Source: Candidatus Micrarchaeia archaeon
GTDB taxonomy: Archaea; Micrarchaeota; Micrarchaeia; Anstonellales; J096
Assembly: GCA_041500405.1 (NCBI GenBank)
Contig: JBGQMB010000001.1
Coordinates: forward strand, 9,490-73,489
Length of the DNA: 64,000 bases
Reading direction: 5' to 3'
Shown here: positions 37,836 through 47,960 of the stretch, piece after piece
How positions within the stretch are numbered: the stretch's first letter is position 1
Layout of the letters: every line of letters begins with the position of its first letter
Made by a program: the position numbers and the translations under genes
The notes under the pieces: model-generated
What the model was told of the DNA's origin: nothing
Seen by the model: the letters and a program-made list of their open reading frames with translations, nothing else
The model's database searches: none

Positions 37836-38924
37836 TCATATCGAGAAAACAAGGTACGGAATTATTATTGAGCCGAGCAGCGCCGTTTTCTCGTCGTAGA
37901 ATTTGTTTCCCACTGCAAAAGACGCCAGCATCAGCGCCGCGCCTGCCAGCCCGGATGTCGCAATGACAACAAGCGATATTGCCGCGGCAGCCAGGGCATA
38001 CCCAAGCCTGCCCCTGCTGATTGTCCTGAAAATATTCTCTGCGACCGCAACCACAATCAGCGCGCCTGCGACATAGCCCATCACGAACCAGATTTCGTTT
38101 CCTTTCACGATGTCCGCAATCTGGATGGTCGCGCCCACGCGCGGGGCCCCGACATCCAAGCCGGAAAAGCTCATGAAATACTGGGACGCGGAGAACGAGG
38201 AAAAGAAGGACAGCATGGAAATGTCCTTCAGCATCGGATATGCAAACGCGCCCATTGCAGACGGCGCGCCCACTGCCGGAATTCCGAAGGAGACAAGCGC
38301 AAGCAGGACGCCAAGAATTGCACCCTTCGCCATTTCCTTGGAGTTTGGCATGCGGATGCTCTGCTGGACCGGCTTTTCCGTCCTTCCAAGCATTCCTCCG
38401 ATGAGGAACGGAAGCGCAAAAAGGCCAGTGAAAATCGCCATGAACGGGTTGTCCAGATGAAAAGATATGCCGATGTAGCCGATTGCGCCTGAAAGAAGCA
38501 ATCCAATGACCCAGCCGATGCGCCTGTTGAAAACCAGATTAAGGAAAAGCACAAGCAGGACAAGGTAAAACGAAACGGGCTTTAACAGGGTTGCGGCGCT
38601 TTGCACAACGCTCCCGGGAATCATCACAGAAAGAATCAATCCAATGAACCCTGCGCCAAGCCAGCAGAAAACATACTCCCTGAGCCTGCCCTGGTTCAGG
38701 AACCTGTGCACAAGCGGAAGGGCTATGCCTGCCTCCCCTGGCGAGTAGGCGTAGATTATGGTCTGGATGATGACAAGCGCTGAAAAGGACCCGTACATCA
38801 GCATAAGCGCCTCGGGCGGCAGGATGCCCTCCGTAAGGCTCAAAATAAGCGAGATATGCACCCCTGGCAAGAACGAGAAAAGAACGACCAATGCCAGACC
38901 AATGGCAAGGTCCACTGCAGCCAT
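37836..38924 (-). CDS. TctA-like (tripartite tricarboxylate transporter family) membrane protein
   Basis: LPGVH, LPLVHRFLNQGR; multiple TM; divergent. Confidence 0.65.
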   Translation of the reverse strand: MAAVDLAIGLALVVLFSFLPGVHISLILSLTEGILPPEALMLMYGSFSALVIIQTIIYAYSPGEAGIALPLVHRFLNQGRLREYVFCWLGAGFIGLILSVMIPGSVVQSAATLLKPVSFYLVLLVLFLNLVFNRRIGWVIGLLLSGAIGYIGISFHLDNPFMAIFTGLFALPFLIGGMLGRTEKPVQQSIRMPNSKEMAKGAILGVLLALVSFGIPAVGAPSAMGAFAYPMLKDISMLSFFSSFSASQYFMSFSGLDVGAPRVGATIQIADIVKGNEIWFVMGYVAGALIVVAVAENIFRTISRGRLGYALAAAAISLVVIATSGLAGAALMLASFAVGNKFYDEKTALLGSIIIPYLVFSI

Positions 38925-38976
38925 GAATCAGATTGGCGCAGCCTGATTTTTAACCCCTTCGCCGTACAATAAAGGC

Positions 38977-39465
38977 ATGCAGCAGCGCCAGAAGGAAAAG
39001 GAGCATGGCCGTTTCAGGAAAAAGGCAATGCACCTGCTGGAATCAGGCAAAAGGTCAGTAAAGAGGATACTCACGCTCTCAAAGAAGAGCAAGGAGCTGG
39101 ATGAGGCGCTCATCGTCTCCGCATGTAATGGCAACAACGTGGGAGTAATGCGGCTAATCAGGGCAGGAGCAAATATCGCAGCAAGGGATAACGAAGACAG
39201 GACAACAGCCCTGTTATGGGCCGCACGGAATGGATACACTAAAACCTGCGCCCTGCTTATCTCAGAATATACAAAAGCCAACGGAAACATAAAGAGACTG
39301 ATTGCAGCAAAGGACAATAAAGGCAGAACAGCTACGAAATGGGCCGCACGGAACGGACACACCCAAATTGTTCAGTTGTTCGATTCCATGGAAAACATGC
39401 AGGAAAGCATGGGCAAGGAAGCGTTCAGCTCATTCCTTTCCGCTTTCAATGAATGCGTTTCCTGA
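38977..39465 (+). CDS. Ankyrin repeat protein
   Basis: AGANI, TALLWAARNGY, TATKWAARNGH. Confidence 0.88.
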   Translation: MQQRQKEKEHGRFRKKAMHLLESGKRSVKRILTLSKKSKELDEALIVSACNGNNVGVMRLIRAGANIAARDNEDRTTALLWAARNGYTKTCALLISEYTKANGNIKRLIAAKDNKGRTATKWAARNGHTQIVQLFDSMENMQESMGKEAFSSFLSAFNECVS

Positions 39466-39584
39466 CCCCCAAACGGGCTTTTTAAACAGCCCTTCCGTCT
39501 AAGTGGTATTCCAAGCTCACCCCCGCCCTTTTTATAATGTTTGTAGCTAAAAATAGCTTGTCAAAGTTTAATTTACGGTGAAAC

Positions 39585-40280
39585 ATGATGCCCAAAAGGT
39601 ATGAAGAGATTGGCCAGTTCCTGGCCAACGACGCCGTGAGGAAAGAACTCATAAACTGCGCAGGCGAGAACGCGATAGACATACTCAAATTGCTGGGCAA
39701 GGAAACCGAAGACGAGAAAATCGCCAATGTCCTCAAGCTGAAGGTCAGCGACGTCCGCTCCGTCTTAAACAGGCTGAACGAGATAGGCATCGCCTTCTAT
39801 GACAGGACCAAGAACGAGGACACGGGCTGGTACTACTACAACTGGTCGGTGGACATGAACAAGTTCAGGGGCTGGGTGAACAGCACGCTCAGGAACCAGG
39901 ACGCAAGGATAAAGTACGCGTACCTCATTGAGGATGAGCATTATTACTGCCCGCAATGCGGGATAGGGACAAGCTTTGCGTTCCATGACGCGGCTGATTT
40001 GGTGTTCAAGTGCCCGTCCTGCACAAACACGCTGGAGCTTATAGAAAGCGGGGTTTTGGACAGGTATTTTGGCAGGCCAAAGAAGCTGACAGTCATGCTG
40101 CCCCCGGTTGTGCATGAGCATAGGCACGTTCCGTCCGGGCCGAAGCACGAAAAAAAGCCGCACCTTGTAAAGCACACGGCAAAGGCCCACAAGGCTGCCG
40201 CTAAAAAAGCCGTTAAAAAAGCAGTGAAGAAAAAGGCTAAATTCTCAGCCAAGAAAAAGGCAAAGAAAAGGAAAAGATGA
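39585..40280 (+). CDS. tfe: Transcription factor E (TFE alpha) with a Lys/Ala-rich tail
   Basis: wHTH (DEKIA...VRSVLNRL), TGWYYYNW, CPQC...FKCPSC zinc ribbon. Confidence 0.88.
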   Translation: MMPKRYEEIGQFLANDAVRKELINCAGENAIDILKLLGKETEDEKIANVLKLKVSDVRSVLNRLNEIGIAFYDRTKNEDTGWYYYNWSVDMNKFRGWVNSTLRNQDARIKYAYLIEDEHYYCPQCGIGTSFAFHDAADLVFKCPSCTNTLELIESGVLDRYFGRPKKLTVMLPPVVHEHRHVPSGPKHEKKPHLVKHTAKAHKAAAKKAVKKAVKKKAKFSAKKKAKKRKR

Positions 40281-40286
40281 TTGCCT

Positions 40287-41369
40287 TTAGCCTGTTCCGT
40301 TCATCGCTGTCTCATTGCTAAGGCAATCTGTTTTCATGGTCCCGTTAGCTATCCTTTCGCAGTATGCCGGGTCCTTCTTGTCCATTACCTTGCCGAAATA
40401 GTACCAGCACTGGTCCTTTTCGCTTCCTGAAAGCAGCGGGCACGCGTTCGGGTTCTTGGTCCCTGTCATATAGTCCAGGATGCAGAGTGAGAAGTTCGAC
40501 GTTTTCCTGCACAGCTCAGGCATGCGGTACTCCATTGCCAGGGTTATCATGCCGGTGTCCGAGGAAACGTTGTTGTATGCCTTCCAGAACTGCGAGAAAG
40601 AATAGAAAAGCGCCTTGAACTCCGTGTCATTGACAACAGAGGGGGATTCTATTTCGCTTGAAGACCTCGCAAAGGACGTGACGTTTGTGCTTTCGGAGTA
40701 TCCCTGCCCCAAATAAGTGTAATCAAGGCTGTCAAAAACCCTCATTCCGTCCGATTCTCCGAAAGCCATCCTTTCATTGAATGAAAGCACGCTTATCAGC
40801 GGTGACGTTGGCGAGATGTAAAGCATTGAAAGCTCCTCCCCGCTAAGGTCCTTGAGAGAAAATCTCATTGCAAAGGCGCTTCCTTTGCTGTCGTTGCTGA
40901 ATTCGGTTATGTTGAGCGAGTTGTGCTCCATCAGGCCATTGTATTCCACGGAAAGCTGGCTTGCCTGCGCTTTCGTTAAAAGGACTGAGGAAAGGCTTGA
41001 GGATATGCCTGAGGACGATGTTCCCAAAACGGAGATGTTTGCAGTGCACGATGTCTGGTTCCCGAATTTCAGGCAAAGGTATTCCGTGCCGTTCTTCTTT
41101 ATTGTTGTCCAGGCATAGAACTCCGAGCCCAATGAAACGGAATAATCGCTTCCGTGCCTTGAGACGCTTACATCGGACGTCCTGTTGGACACTGACATCA
41201 CTATCGTTTCGGAATAGTCGCCTGTGCTGTTGACCAAATATATGTACCTGTTGATGCTTGCGTTGAACGCGTCCATTGCCGCATTGCCCTTGGATTCTCC
41301 GCCCAGGCATCCGAACACAAGGCACATTGCCATTGCCAAAACAATTATTTTATATCCCATCATAATCAC
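40287..41369 (-). CDS. Putative lipoprotein with Cys-rich C-terminal repeats
   Basis: Lipobox-like LVFGC; many N-x-S/T sequons; paired Cys repeats at the C-terminus. Confidence 0.7.
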   Translation of the reverse strand: MIMMGYKIIVLAMAMCLVFGCLGGESKGNAAMDAFNASINRYIYLVNSTGDYSETIVMSVSNRTSDVSVSRHGSDYSVSLGSEFYAWTTIKKNGTEYLCLKFGNQTSCTANISVLGTSSSGISSSLSSVLLTKAQASQLSVEYNGLMEHNSLNITEFSNDSKGSAFAMRFSLKDLSGEELSMLYISPTSPLISVLSFNERMAFGESDGMRVFDSLDYTYLGQGYSESTNVTSFARSSSEIESPSVVNDTEFKALFYSFSQFWKAYNNVSSDTGMITLAMEYRMPELCRKTSNFSLCILDYMTGTKNPNACPLLSGSEKDQCWYYFGKVMDKKDPAYCERIANGTMKTDCLSNETAMNGTG

Positions 41370-42502
41370 TTCTTTGCTGTTGAAACGATTTTGATTACAT
41401 CCAAATCCTTAATAATGTGATCCTTCGCGATTTTCATCTTGGTCCTTGCGTCTATCCCGTACAGCATGTTGTTCGCTATGTCCGTGTGGATTGTCGCCGC
41501 CAGGTCGTGCGCCGTCTTTCCCTTTTCCAGAAGCTTGACGTTTGGCAGGACGTTGCCTTTCTTGTCCGTAAGCTTTGTTTCGTCTTCCACCGGATAGGCC
41601 GTTATGTACCCAAGAAGCTCGAACGCCATTGCGTTGAGCGCCTCTGTTATCCCGGTTCCATTGTTCCTGTCCATGAATTCCTTTATCCTCGCAAGCGCGG
41701 CCTTCTGTTCATCTGTTCCATTGTTTATCGTGAATGTCCTGTCCCCCGGCATGTAGCTTATTACCCCTGCCTTTGCCGCCTTTACAAGCGCAAGCTCATA
41801 GACCCCCGAGCCGTAGATTACCGGCCTTGAGCATATTATTTCCTTCTTTCCCTTGTCAGCCTTGTTTCCGAAAACGAGTATGGGCTTGTCCTTGACTATT
41901 TGGTCTGCAAGCGCCCACGCGATTTTCTCGTCCATCCTGACCTTGCCCTTGTCTATGCCCGCCTTTTCCGCGGCGCGGAGCATCATTTCATTATCAACTT
42001 TCAATGAGGAAAGGATGTCCATAAGCTTGGCGATGTCCCTGTTCTCAAAATCCTTCCTGTTCCTGAGTATTATGCCCTTTATCCATTCCCTTAGCTCCGT
42101 TTCAATAAGCTCGACTTCCTTTGAAGGGTCGCAGTCCCCTGGATTTCCCTCCAGGTCAGACTGGCCGGACGCGTCAACCACTATGATGATTCCGTCCGCC
42201 TGCCTCATATCATCGAGGAACTGCAATCCTAATCCCTTTCCCGCGTGCGCATCAGGCACAATCCCTGCCACGTCCAGCAGCTGCGCAGGTATCAGCCTTG
42301 AGCCGCTGACGCATATCGAGTCCTGGGGATTGCATTTAACGTGAAAATCCGAGCACGGGCACGCCTTCCTCAGGTAACCCACGCCCCTGTTCGGCTCTAT
42401 GGTGGTAAACGGATAGTTTGCTATCTTTACGTCCACATGGGTTGCCGCAGAGAAGAACGTCGACTTGCCAGAGTTGGGCTTGCCCACTATTCCGATCAGC
42501 AT
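41366..42502 (-). CDS. YchF/Obg-family NTPase
   Basis: GKPNSGKST, NYPFTTIEPN, DVAG, NKAD, C-terminal TGS domain. Confidence 0.93.
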   Translation of the reverse strand: MLIGIVGKPNSGKSTFFSAATHVDVKIANYPFTTIEPNRGVGYLRKACPCSDFHVKCNPQDSICVSGSRLIPAQLLDVAGIVPDAHAGKGLGLQFLDDMRQADGIIIVVDASGQSDLEGNPGDCDPSKEVELIETELREWIKGIILRNRKDFENRDIAKLMDILSSLKVDNEMMLRAAEKAGIDKGKVRMDEKIAWALADQIVKDKPILVFGNKADKGKKEIICSRPVIYGSGVYELALVKAAKAGVISYMPGDRTFTINNGTDEQKAALARIKEFMDRNNGTGITEALNAMAFELLGYITAYPVEDETKLTDKKGNVLPNVKLLEKGKTAHDLAATIHTDIANNMLYGIDARTKMKIAKDHIIKDLDVIKIVSTAKK

Positions 42503-42503
42503 T

Positions 42504-42734
42504 TTACTTCTTTCCCTTTTTCGGCTTTTTCTTGGCCTTTGGCTTTGCCGCCGGCTTTATGGGAACGATGACGTCCTCACTTTGTTCCTCCTTCGGGGGC
42601 GCCTTTTCCTCGCCAATCATGTCCCTCTCAACATCCTCGTTCTTCTCGAATTCAGTGACGTCGTCGGGCTCGAGCTTGATTTCGCTTGGCTCCTTTTTCC
42701 CGAAAAGCGACTTGAACCATTCTATCAGTCCCAT
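42504..42734 (-). CDS. Small hypothetical protein (amphipathic N-terminus, acidic middle, Lys-rich tail)
   Basis: 76 aa; directly upstream of ychF; TTTATAAA box upstream. Confidence 0.65.
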   Translation of the reverse strand: MGLIEWFKSLFGKKEPSEIKLEPDDVTEFEKNEDVERDMIGEEKAPPKEEQSEDVIVPIKPAAKPKAKKKPKKGKK

Positions 42735-42834
42735 TCTACCACCTTCTGAAATGTAGGCTACTTGTATTTATAAATTTTGCCGTTTTCCTAGAAGTTGCAG
42801 GCTATTTTTAATTGCTTTGGCGCATTGGGGTTGC

Positions 42835-43176
42835 ATGCAGAAAGAGAATCCTTTGGCTGGGCCGGAACCAGTGAAAAAGGAGATAATGGCCGCGCTTTCA
42901 ACGGTCATAGACCCGGAAATCGGCATAGACATCGTCAACCTGGGTCTGGTTTACGGCGTTGAGGTTGATTTAAAGAACAGCAAGGCAACGGTCCGCTTGA
43001 CAATGACAACGCCGGCCTGCCCGCTCATGGGCGTCATCCTTTCTGACATCGAAAAGGCGCTCGGCGAAGTCAAGTCAGTGAAGGACATAATAGTCAAGCT
43101 TGTCTGGGACCCGCCATGGGACCAAAACAGGATGAGCGAAAGGGCGAAGATGATGCTTGGCGCGCCGAAACCCTAG
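42835..43176 (+). CDS. DUF59 metal-sulfur cluster assembly factor (SufT/MIP18-like)
   Basis: VIDPEIGIDIVNLGLVY, TTPACP, VWDPPW. Confidence 0.93.
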   Translation: MQKENPLAGPEPVKKEIMAALSTVIDPEIGIDIVNLGLVYGVEVDLKNSKATVRLTMTTPACPLMGVILSDIEKALGEVKSVKDIIVKLVWDPPWDQNRMSERAKMMLGAPKP

Positions 43177-43769
43177 ACGCGCTTGAACGCAATGAGCCCG
43201 CCCTGGACCCTTGCAAACCTGTAATTGAGGATTAAGTATTTTTTCTGGATAAGGCTTCCGCCGCTTTCTATATTCGCCCTTATGTCGCCTTCAGGAAGCT
43301 CGCCGCACATGCCGACCGCGTACTCAAGCCCGTTCCTTTTTGCCTCCCTTTCCCTTTCCTCTATGAGCATCTCTATTATGCCCTTGCCCTGGTACTCGTT
43401 CAGCACCGCGGTCTCCTCCATGTAAAGCGCGTTTGCGGCCTGGCCGGTGTCAAGCGTCTTTTCAGACCTGTCGAAAAACACGGGCCACGCAAGGCCAACC
43501 CCGACTATGAACTTCTCCACGCACGCGCCGTAGCTGTGGCCTTCGGCAATGATGTCCTTTATCTGCTTCACTTCCCTTGTCCCTATCTCGAAAAGGGCGC
43601 TTCTCATCAGCTTGACGACCTCCTCAAGGTCTTCCTCATCAAGGCGCTTTATCTCGGCGCTTTCGTTGCTCGCTATTTCCAGGTCCTCAAGCAGCGCCCT
43701 CCTTTTCAGCGCGGACGGCGGGGCAAGCGCCTTGTGCCTTTCCTCCTTTTCCTTCTCCTGCTGGACCAT
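43173..43769 (-). CDS. GNAT-family acetyltransferase
   Basis: AVLNEYQGKGI acetyl-CoA-binding motif. Confidence 0.75.
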   Translation of the reverse strand: MVQQEKEKEERHKALAPPSALKRRALLEDLEIASNESAEIKRLDEEDLEEVVKLMRSALFEIGTREVKQIKDIIAEGHSYGACVEKFIVGVGLAWPVFFDRSEKTLDTGQAANALYMEETAVLNEYQGKGIIEMLIEEREREAKRNGLEYAVGMCGELPEGDIRANIESGGSLIQKKYLILNYRFARVQGGLIAFKRV

Positions 43770-43821
43770 GTTTTTTTGTGGAACTGTTTTGTTTTAAAAC
43801 GTTGCCCTGCCCCAAACTATC

Positions 43822-44475
43822 ATGAAGGAGATTTTTCCCGGCGTCTTTGCGGACGGAAGGAGGATATTCACCATAAACGCAGTGCCGGGCAAGAGCGTGT
43901 ACGGGGAAAAGCTCGTCCGCCAGGGAAGCGTCGAGTTCCGCGAGTGGGACCCTTTCAGGAGCAAGCTGTGCGGGGCGCTCAGGAAGGGGCTGAAGACATT
44001 CCCGTTTTCCAGGACCAGCAAGGTCCTTTACCTTGGCGCGTCAACCGGAACGACTGTAAGTCACCTTTCAGACATTGCGGAAGAAGGGGAAATCTACGCG
44101 GTTGAGATGGCGCCGGTAATGGGCGAAAGGCTGATGGAACTGGCTGAAAAAAGGCAGAACATAGTGCCCATAATCGCCGATGCAAGGAAGCCGGACGAGT
44201 ATGCGGAAATACCTGAAGTTGACGTCGTGTACCAGGACGTGGCCCAGCCGGACCAGGACAGGATTCTTGCGATAAACGCAAGGCAGTTCCTGAAAAAGGG
44301 CGGAATTGCGATGCTGTGCGTTAAGAGCCAGAGCATAGACGTGACAATGGACCCGAAGAAGGTGTTTGCGATGGTTGAAAAGTCCCTTTCTTCTGATTTT
44401 GAGATAGTTGAAAAGTTTTATTTGGAGCCGTATGACAAGGAGCACGAGTTCCTTGTGCTGAGGCTGAAGGGATAG
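43822..44475 (+). CDS. flpA: Fibrillarin-like rRNA/tRNA 2'-O-methyltransferase
   Basis: VYGE, WDPFRSKL, VLYLGASTGTTVSH, YQDVAQPDQ. Confidence 0.97.
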   Translation: MKEIFPGVFADGRRIFTINAVPGKSVYGEKLVRQGSVEFREWDPFRSKLCGALRKGLKTFPFSRTSKVLYLGASTGTTVSHLSDIAEEGEIYAVEMAPVMGERLMELAEKRQNIVPIIADARKPDEYAEIPEVDVVYQDVAQPDQDRILAINARQFLKKGGIAMLCVKSQSIDVTMDPKKVFAMVEKSLSSDFEIVEKFYLEPYDKEHEFLVLRLKG

Positions 44476-44516
44476 AGCAGTTCCATTAAAAAACCCCTTT
44501 ATCCACAAATAAGCAC

Positions 44517-46235
44517 ATGAAAAGGCTGCTGTACCGCGCGCGTCACCATCCCATAGGCGCAGCCAACCATCCGCCGGCACAAACCCAGGAGCCAGCAATA
44601 GAATCCCCTGCAAGCATGTTGAAGGAGAGGGTATCCGCGCTCCTGCAAAAGGTCATGTCCAGCCCGCGTTATGACCAAAGGATGCAGCCTATTGTCAACG
44701 ACATAATCCAGCTGGAGTGCAAGTTCGGGAATGAAAAGGACGGATACGACAACAGCAACAGGGTGAAGATAGACTCGCTGGAGGAGCTTTCCCTGCTCAT
44801 GGAAAGCGGCGCGCTCGGAAAGCACCTTGCGCCAATCCTGGCTGAACTGCACAGCAAGCTCATTTCTGCGGCAATTGAGGCAGGCAAATGCTTTTACGCG
44901 CGCAATTTCATGGAGTCAAAAAGGAACGTCTCAACATCGCTGTTCTGGGCCCTGAAGCAGCTAAGGAGGCTGTCCCAGGCTCCGGAGTTTTCCGGGACAG
45001 ACGCAATGCTTGCCGAAAAGGCCACAATGAGGACAGATTTCGGCAACATCATGTTCAGCTATTCAATTTTGAAATCGATGCTTGGCAACAGGAACCTGGA
45101 CAAGCTTAAGGAAAGCAGGAACGCATTCGACAACACATTCATTTCCATAACAGATGCCGCAAAAGAGGCAGTGAAAAAGGCATACCGCAGGCAGGACCCG
45201 GGCCAGCTGTATGCATGGATAGAGAGGATTGCGGGCAGCCCCAATTTCGGCCCTGACACCGTCCCGGCGCTGGTCATGGTGCTCAACGACATCGGCATCG
45301 GATACAGCGTCGCTGCAAAGTCCATGAACCCGGAAAGCGCCACAAAGGCCGCGGCCTCGATTTCCGAACTGGGCCTCCTTATCAATTCCCCGAACTATGA
45401 CCGCCACGCTGAGCTGGCGCTGCGCAATGTTGCAATAACCGGCGAGCGCATGCTTGCCTCAGACACTGTCAATGCGATGTACTCTGTTTTCATTAACAAA
45501 AACCTGCCGGAAGAAGCGCGCCGCACTGTATTTTTCATATCAACCAAGTGCCCGCCAAAGCACCTGATGCGCGCCTATAATGCAGCATCCCGCCTTTTCA
45601 AGATAGGAAAGTTCCAGGGCAGGGTAGGCTCCGCGATAGCGAGTGCCGCATCGGCGATAGAGGACCAGGACCTTGCAGACTTCCTGGATTCCATTGCAAA
45701 TGCAGTATGCAGCGATCCAGGCATCAAGCCAAGGATGGTGGCCCCGCTTTGCAGCGTAATACTGGGCTGCGTGCATGACGAAAAGACCAGGGAGGAATGC
45801 CTGGGCCTGTTTTCCAAAATCGCAAACCACAAGAACATGAAAGGCAGGATGGTCCGCGTACTGGACATGGCCGCTTCGGAAAGGGGGGAGGACCTTTATC
45901 CTGCCCTTGCCTCGCTTTATTCGCTTATCAACAGCAACCCGTTCAGCAACAAGTTTTCGGTCATGGCGGAAAAGGCGGCGTCATTGGCGAAAGAGGGCGC
46001 AGTGTCGGACTCGCTTGACATGCTTGGCATCATGCTGAAAAACGAGATGATAGGGATAAGGCGGCTTGACAGGGACCTTTTGTCGGCTTCGTGCGCAATC
46101 GCCAACCATGCGTCGCTTGCAAGGCACGGGGGCATGCGCCAGGGCACAGTTGCTGACGCGCTCAAGAAGCTTGGCAGAGGGTTTTCCAAGGAAGACCTGC
46201 TCTGGACGGCAGAAGCGCTTCCCTCGTTCAAGTGA
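44517..46235 (+). CDS. Hypothetical alpha-helical repeat protein
   Basis: 572 aa; recurring LxxSPx(F/Y) turns. Confidence 0.75.
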   Translation: MKRLLYRARHHPIGAANHPPAQTQEPAIESPASMLKERVSALLQKVMSSPRYDQRMQPIVNDIIQLECKFGNEKDGYDNSNRVKIDSLEELSLLMESGALGKHLAPILAELHSKLISAAIEAGKCFYARNFMESKRNVSTSLFWALKQLRRLSQAPEFSGTDAMLAEKATMRTDFGNIMFSYSILKSMLGNRNLDKLKESRNAFDNTFISITDAAKEAVKKAYRRQDPGQLYAWIERIAGSPNFGPDTVPALVMVLNDIGIGYSVAAKSMNPESATKAAASISELGLLINSPNYDRHAELALRNVAITGERMLASDTVNAMYSVFINKNLPEEARRTVFFISTKCPPKHLMRAYNAASRLFKIGKFQGRVGSAIASAASAIEDQDLADFLDSIANAVCSDPGIKPRMVAPLCSVILGCVHDEKTREECLGLFSKIANHKNMKGRMVRVLDMAASERGEDLYPALASLYSLINSNPFSNKFSVMAEKAASLAKEGAVSDSLDMLGIMLKNEMIGIRRLDRDLLSASCAIANHASLARHGGMRQGTVADALKKLGRGFSKEDLLWTAEALPSFK

Positions 46236-46300
46236 ACTATTTCCACCTTTTGTCACTAGTGCAAACCAATAAAAACCCTTAGCAGCAATAATATATATTT

Positions 46301-47101
46301 ATGGATACCAAAAATGCCACCGGAAGCGGACAAGGGCACAAGGATCCCCAGCCCGGCCGCACTGCCGCACATGAGCCATTGGAAAGCGGAACCGGCGAGC
46401 ACAACTTTTTTGCTCAATTGTGCAGCAAGCTTTCAAAAGACCGCCAGGCAGTCTCATTCATAACCGCCCTTTCAAGAAGCATAACCCCGGCCATGCCGAA
46501 CTATGAGCTGCTGGCCAAAGGCAAAAGCGCCTCAAACGCCCTGGTCCTTCTTGCAAAGCGCATAGCCGAAATCTATAGGGACAGCCCGCCCCACGGCAGC
46601 ATGGCGTCACAGGCCGCGCTCAGGGCGATTTGCGGGCCAAGGCTTGACGAAGGCTCGCTGTCCCTTCTGCTTTCAGCGGCGCTCCGCTCTTCAGAGATGC
46701 ACACAGGCCTTTGCATCAACACCATAAGCGACATGGCGGAGAAGGGAATCCTGTCGTGCGCAGGCGTCGGGGGCACCCTGGATTCATTTGTCATACGCAC
46801 CGATGCGAACGAGGTTTATCCGTTCCTCCTGGTGTCGGATGCCGCGCTTTCCAACCCGCACATGCCTCAAGGGAGCATTACCATAGCCGTGCTTTCTGAC
46901 ATCCATGATGCAGTCTCGGCATTCTGCCGCAATTCCCCCGGCAGCAGCTTGCCGATAGAGGTGCTCAACATGGCGGCATATCTTGAAATCATGTCGTTCC
47001 AAGTGCACACGCACGCCGATTCCCCTGCCCATGAGCCGTCTGCAGCTGCCGGCGAAAATGCCATCAAGCAGATGATAAAGATGATGCAGGGCAAGCCATA
47101 G
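46301..47101 (+). CDS. Hypothetical alpha-helical protein (probably the same repeat family)
   Basis: 266 aa; own AT-rich promoter region; degenerate repeat turns. Confidence 0.65.
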   Translation: MDTKNATGSGQGHKDPQPGRTAAHEPLESGTGEHNFFAQLCSKLSKDRQAVSFITALSRSITPAMPNYELLAKGKSASNALVLLAKRIAEIYRDSPPHGSMASQAALRAICGPRLDEGSLSLLLSAALRSSEMHTGLCINTISDMAEKGILSCAGVGGTLDSFVIRTDANEVYPFLLVSDAALSNPHMPQGSITIAVLSDIHDAVSAFCRNSPGSSLPIEVLNMAAYLEIMSFQVHTHADSPAHEPSAAAGENAIKQMIKMMQGKP

Positions 47102-47184
47102 GCGCCCCGAATCGCATTATTCTCTTTGTGTTTAAATATAAGCGCAAGTGTAGCATTATTAAACTGTTTGCTGCGCAATAAAAC

Positions 47185-47907
47185 ATGGTAAAATCCTGCT
47201 CCCTAGCATATGCCGCCAGCAGAAACTGCAATGGCTGCGCAGCGGGGCAGGGCAATGAATTTTTCAGCAGTTACAAATGGTTTTGCTCCCCTGACATGAC
47301 TTCTTACAAAAAGCAAAGGGCGGCGGCAGGCATCCGCATGACATCAAGGTCGCTTTGCAGAATTGCAGATGGCAGTGCCCAGCTATCGGCCAATCACTCC
47401 CTGATGAAGCTGATAGGCGAAGAAAAGTTTGACCCGTCAATCCTTCCTTTTATGAACAGGCTCGTCTCGAATGGCCGCCTTTCAGGATTTTATACCGCGA
47501 TTTCCATAAACTGTTTCAGGGATATATGCGCAACCGGAAGATTCGAGAGGTCAATGCTGCCTTTCTTTGATTGCATGCTCCGCAAAAAAGGGAAGAATGA
47601 CATGTACCTTGCGGTCGAATCCGTGCGCGCGCTTTTCCGCAACCCGGATTTTGACAAAGGATGGCTCACGCAGGACAACTACGCCATTATATTGAGGATA
47701 ATCGGCGCCATGGCCCAGAAACCGGATTCGGACACTGTGCCTTATCCATTCTACAGCTTCACTTCCCTGATAGGCAGCAGGGGATTCTCGGTTGCTGAGC
47801 TTCCCAAGGTGCATGACGGCATGCAAAACCTGAACGGCATTGCGATGGCGGCGTATTTTTACAGTCTTGAGAAGGAGCGGCATCCAAACGCCGAGCCGAA
47901 AACCTAA
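47185..47907 (+). CDS. Hypothetical alpha-helical repeat protein (start uncertain)
   Basis: Internal repeats KFDPSILPF / RFERSMLPF / NPDFDKGWL. Confidence 0.65.
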   Translation: MVKSCSLAYAASRNCNGCAAGQGNEFFSSYKWFCSPDMTSYKKQRAAAGIRMTSRSLCRIADGSAQLSANHSLMKLIGEEKFDPSILPFMNRLVSNGRLSGFYTAISINCFRDICATGRFERSMLPFFDCMLRKKGKNDMYLAVESVRALFRNPDFDKGWLTQDNYAIILRIIGAMAQKPDSDTVPYPFYSFTSLIGSRGFSVAELPKVHDGMQNLNGIAMAAYFYSLEKERHPNAEPKT

Positions 47908-47960
47908 AAAATCAGGGCATGGGTCAATAGCTTTTAATCTTATCCCGCAGTAATAAGCGC

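Noticed and set aside
39217..39363. Near-identical 24-nt repeats (TGGGCCGCACGGAA...) considered as DGR template/variable repeats or CRISPR
   Set aside because: They encode two ankyrin repeats; differences are C/T, not adenine-specific; no reverse transcriptase; only two copies
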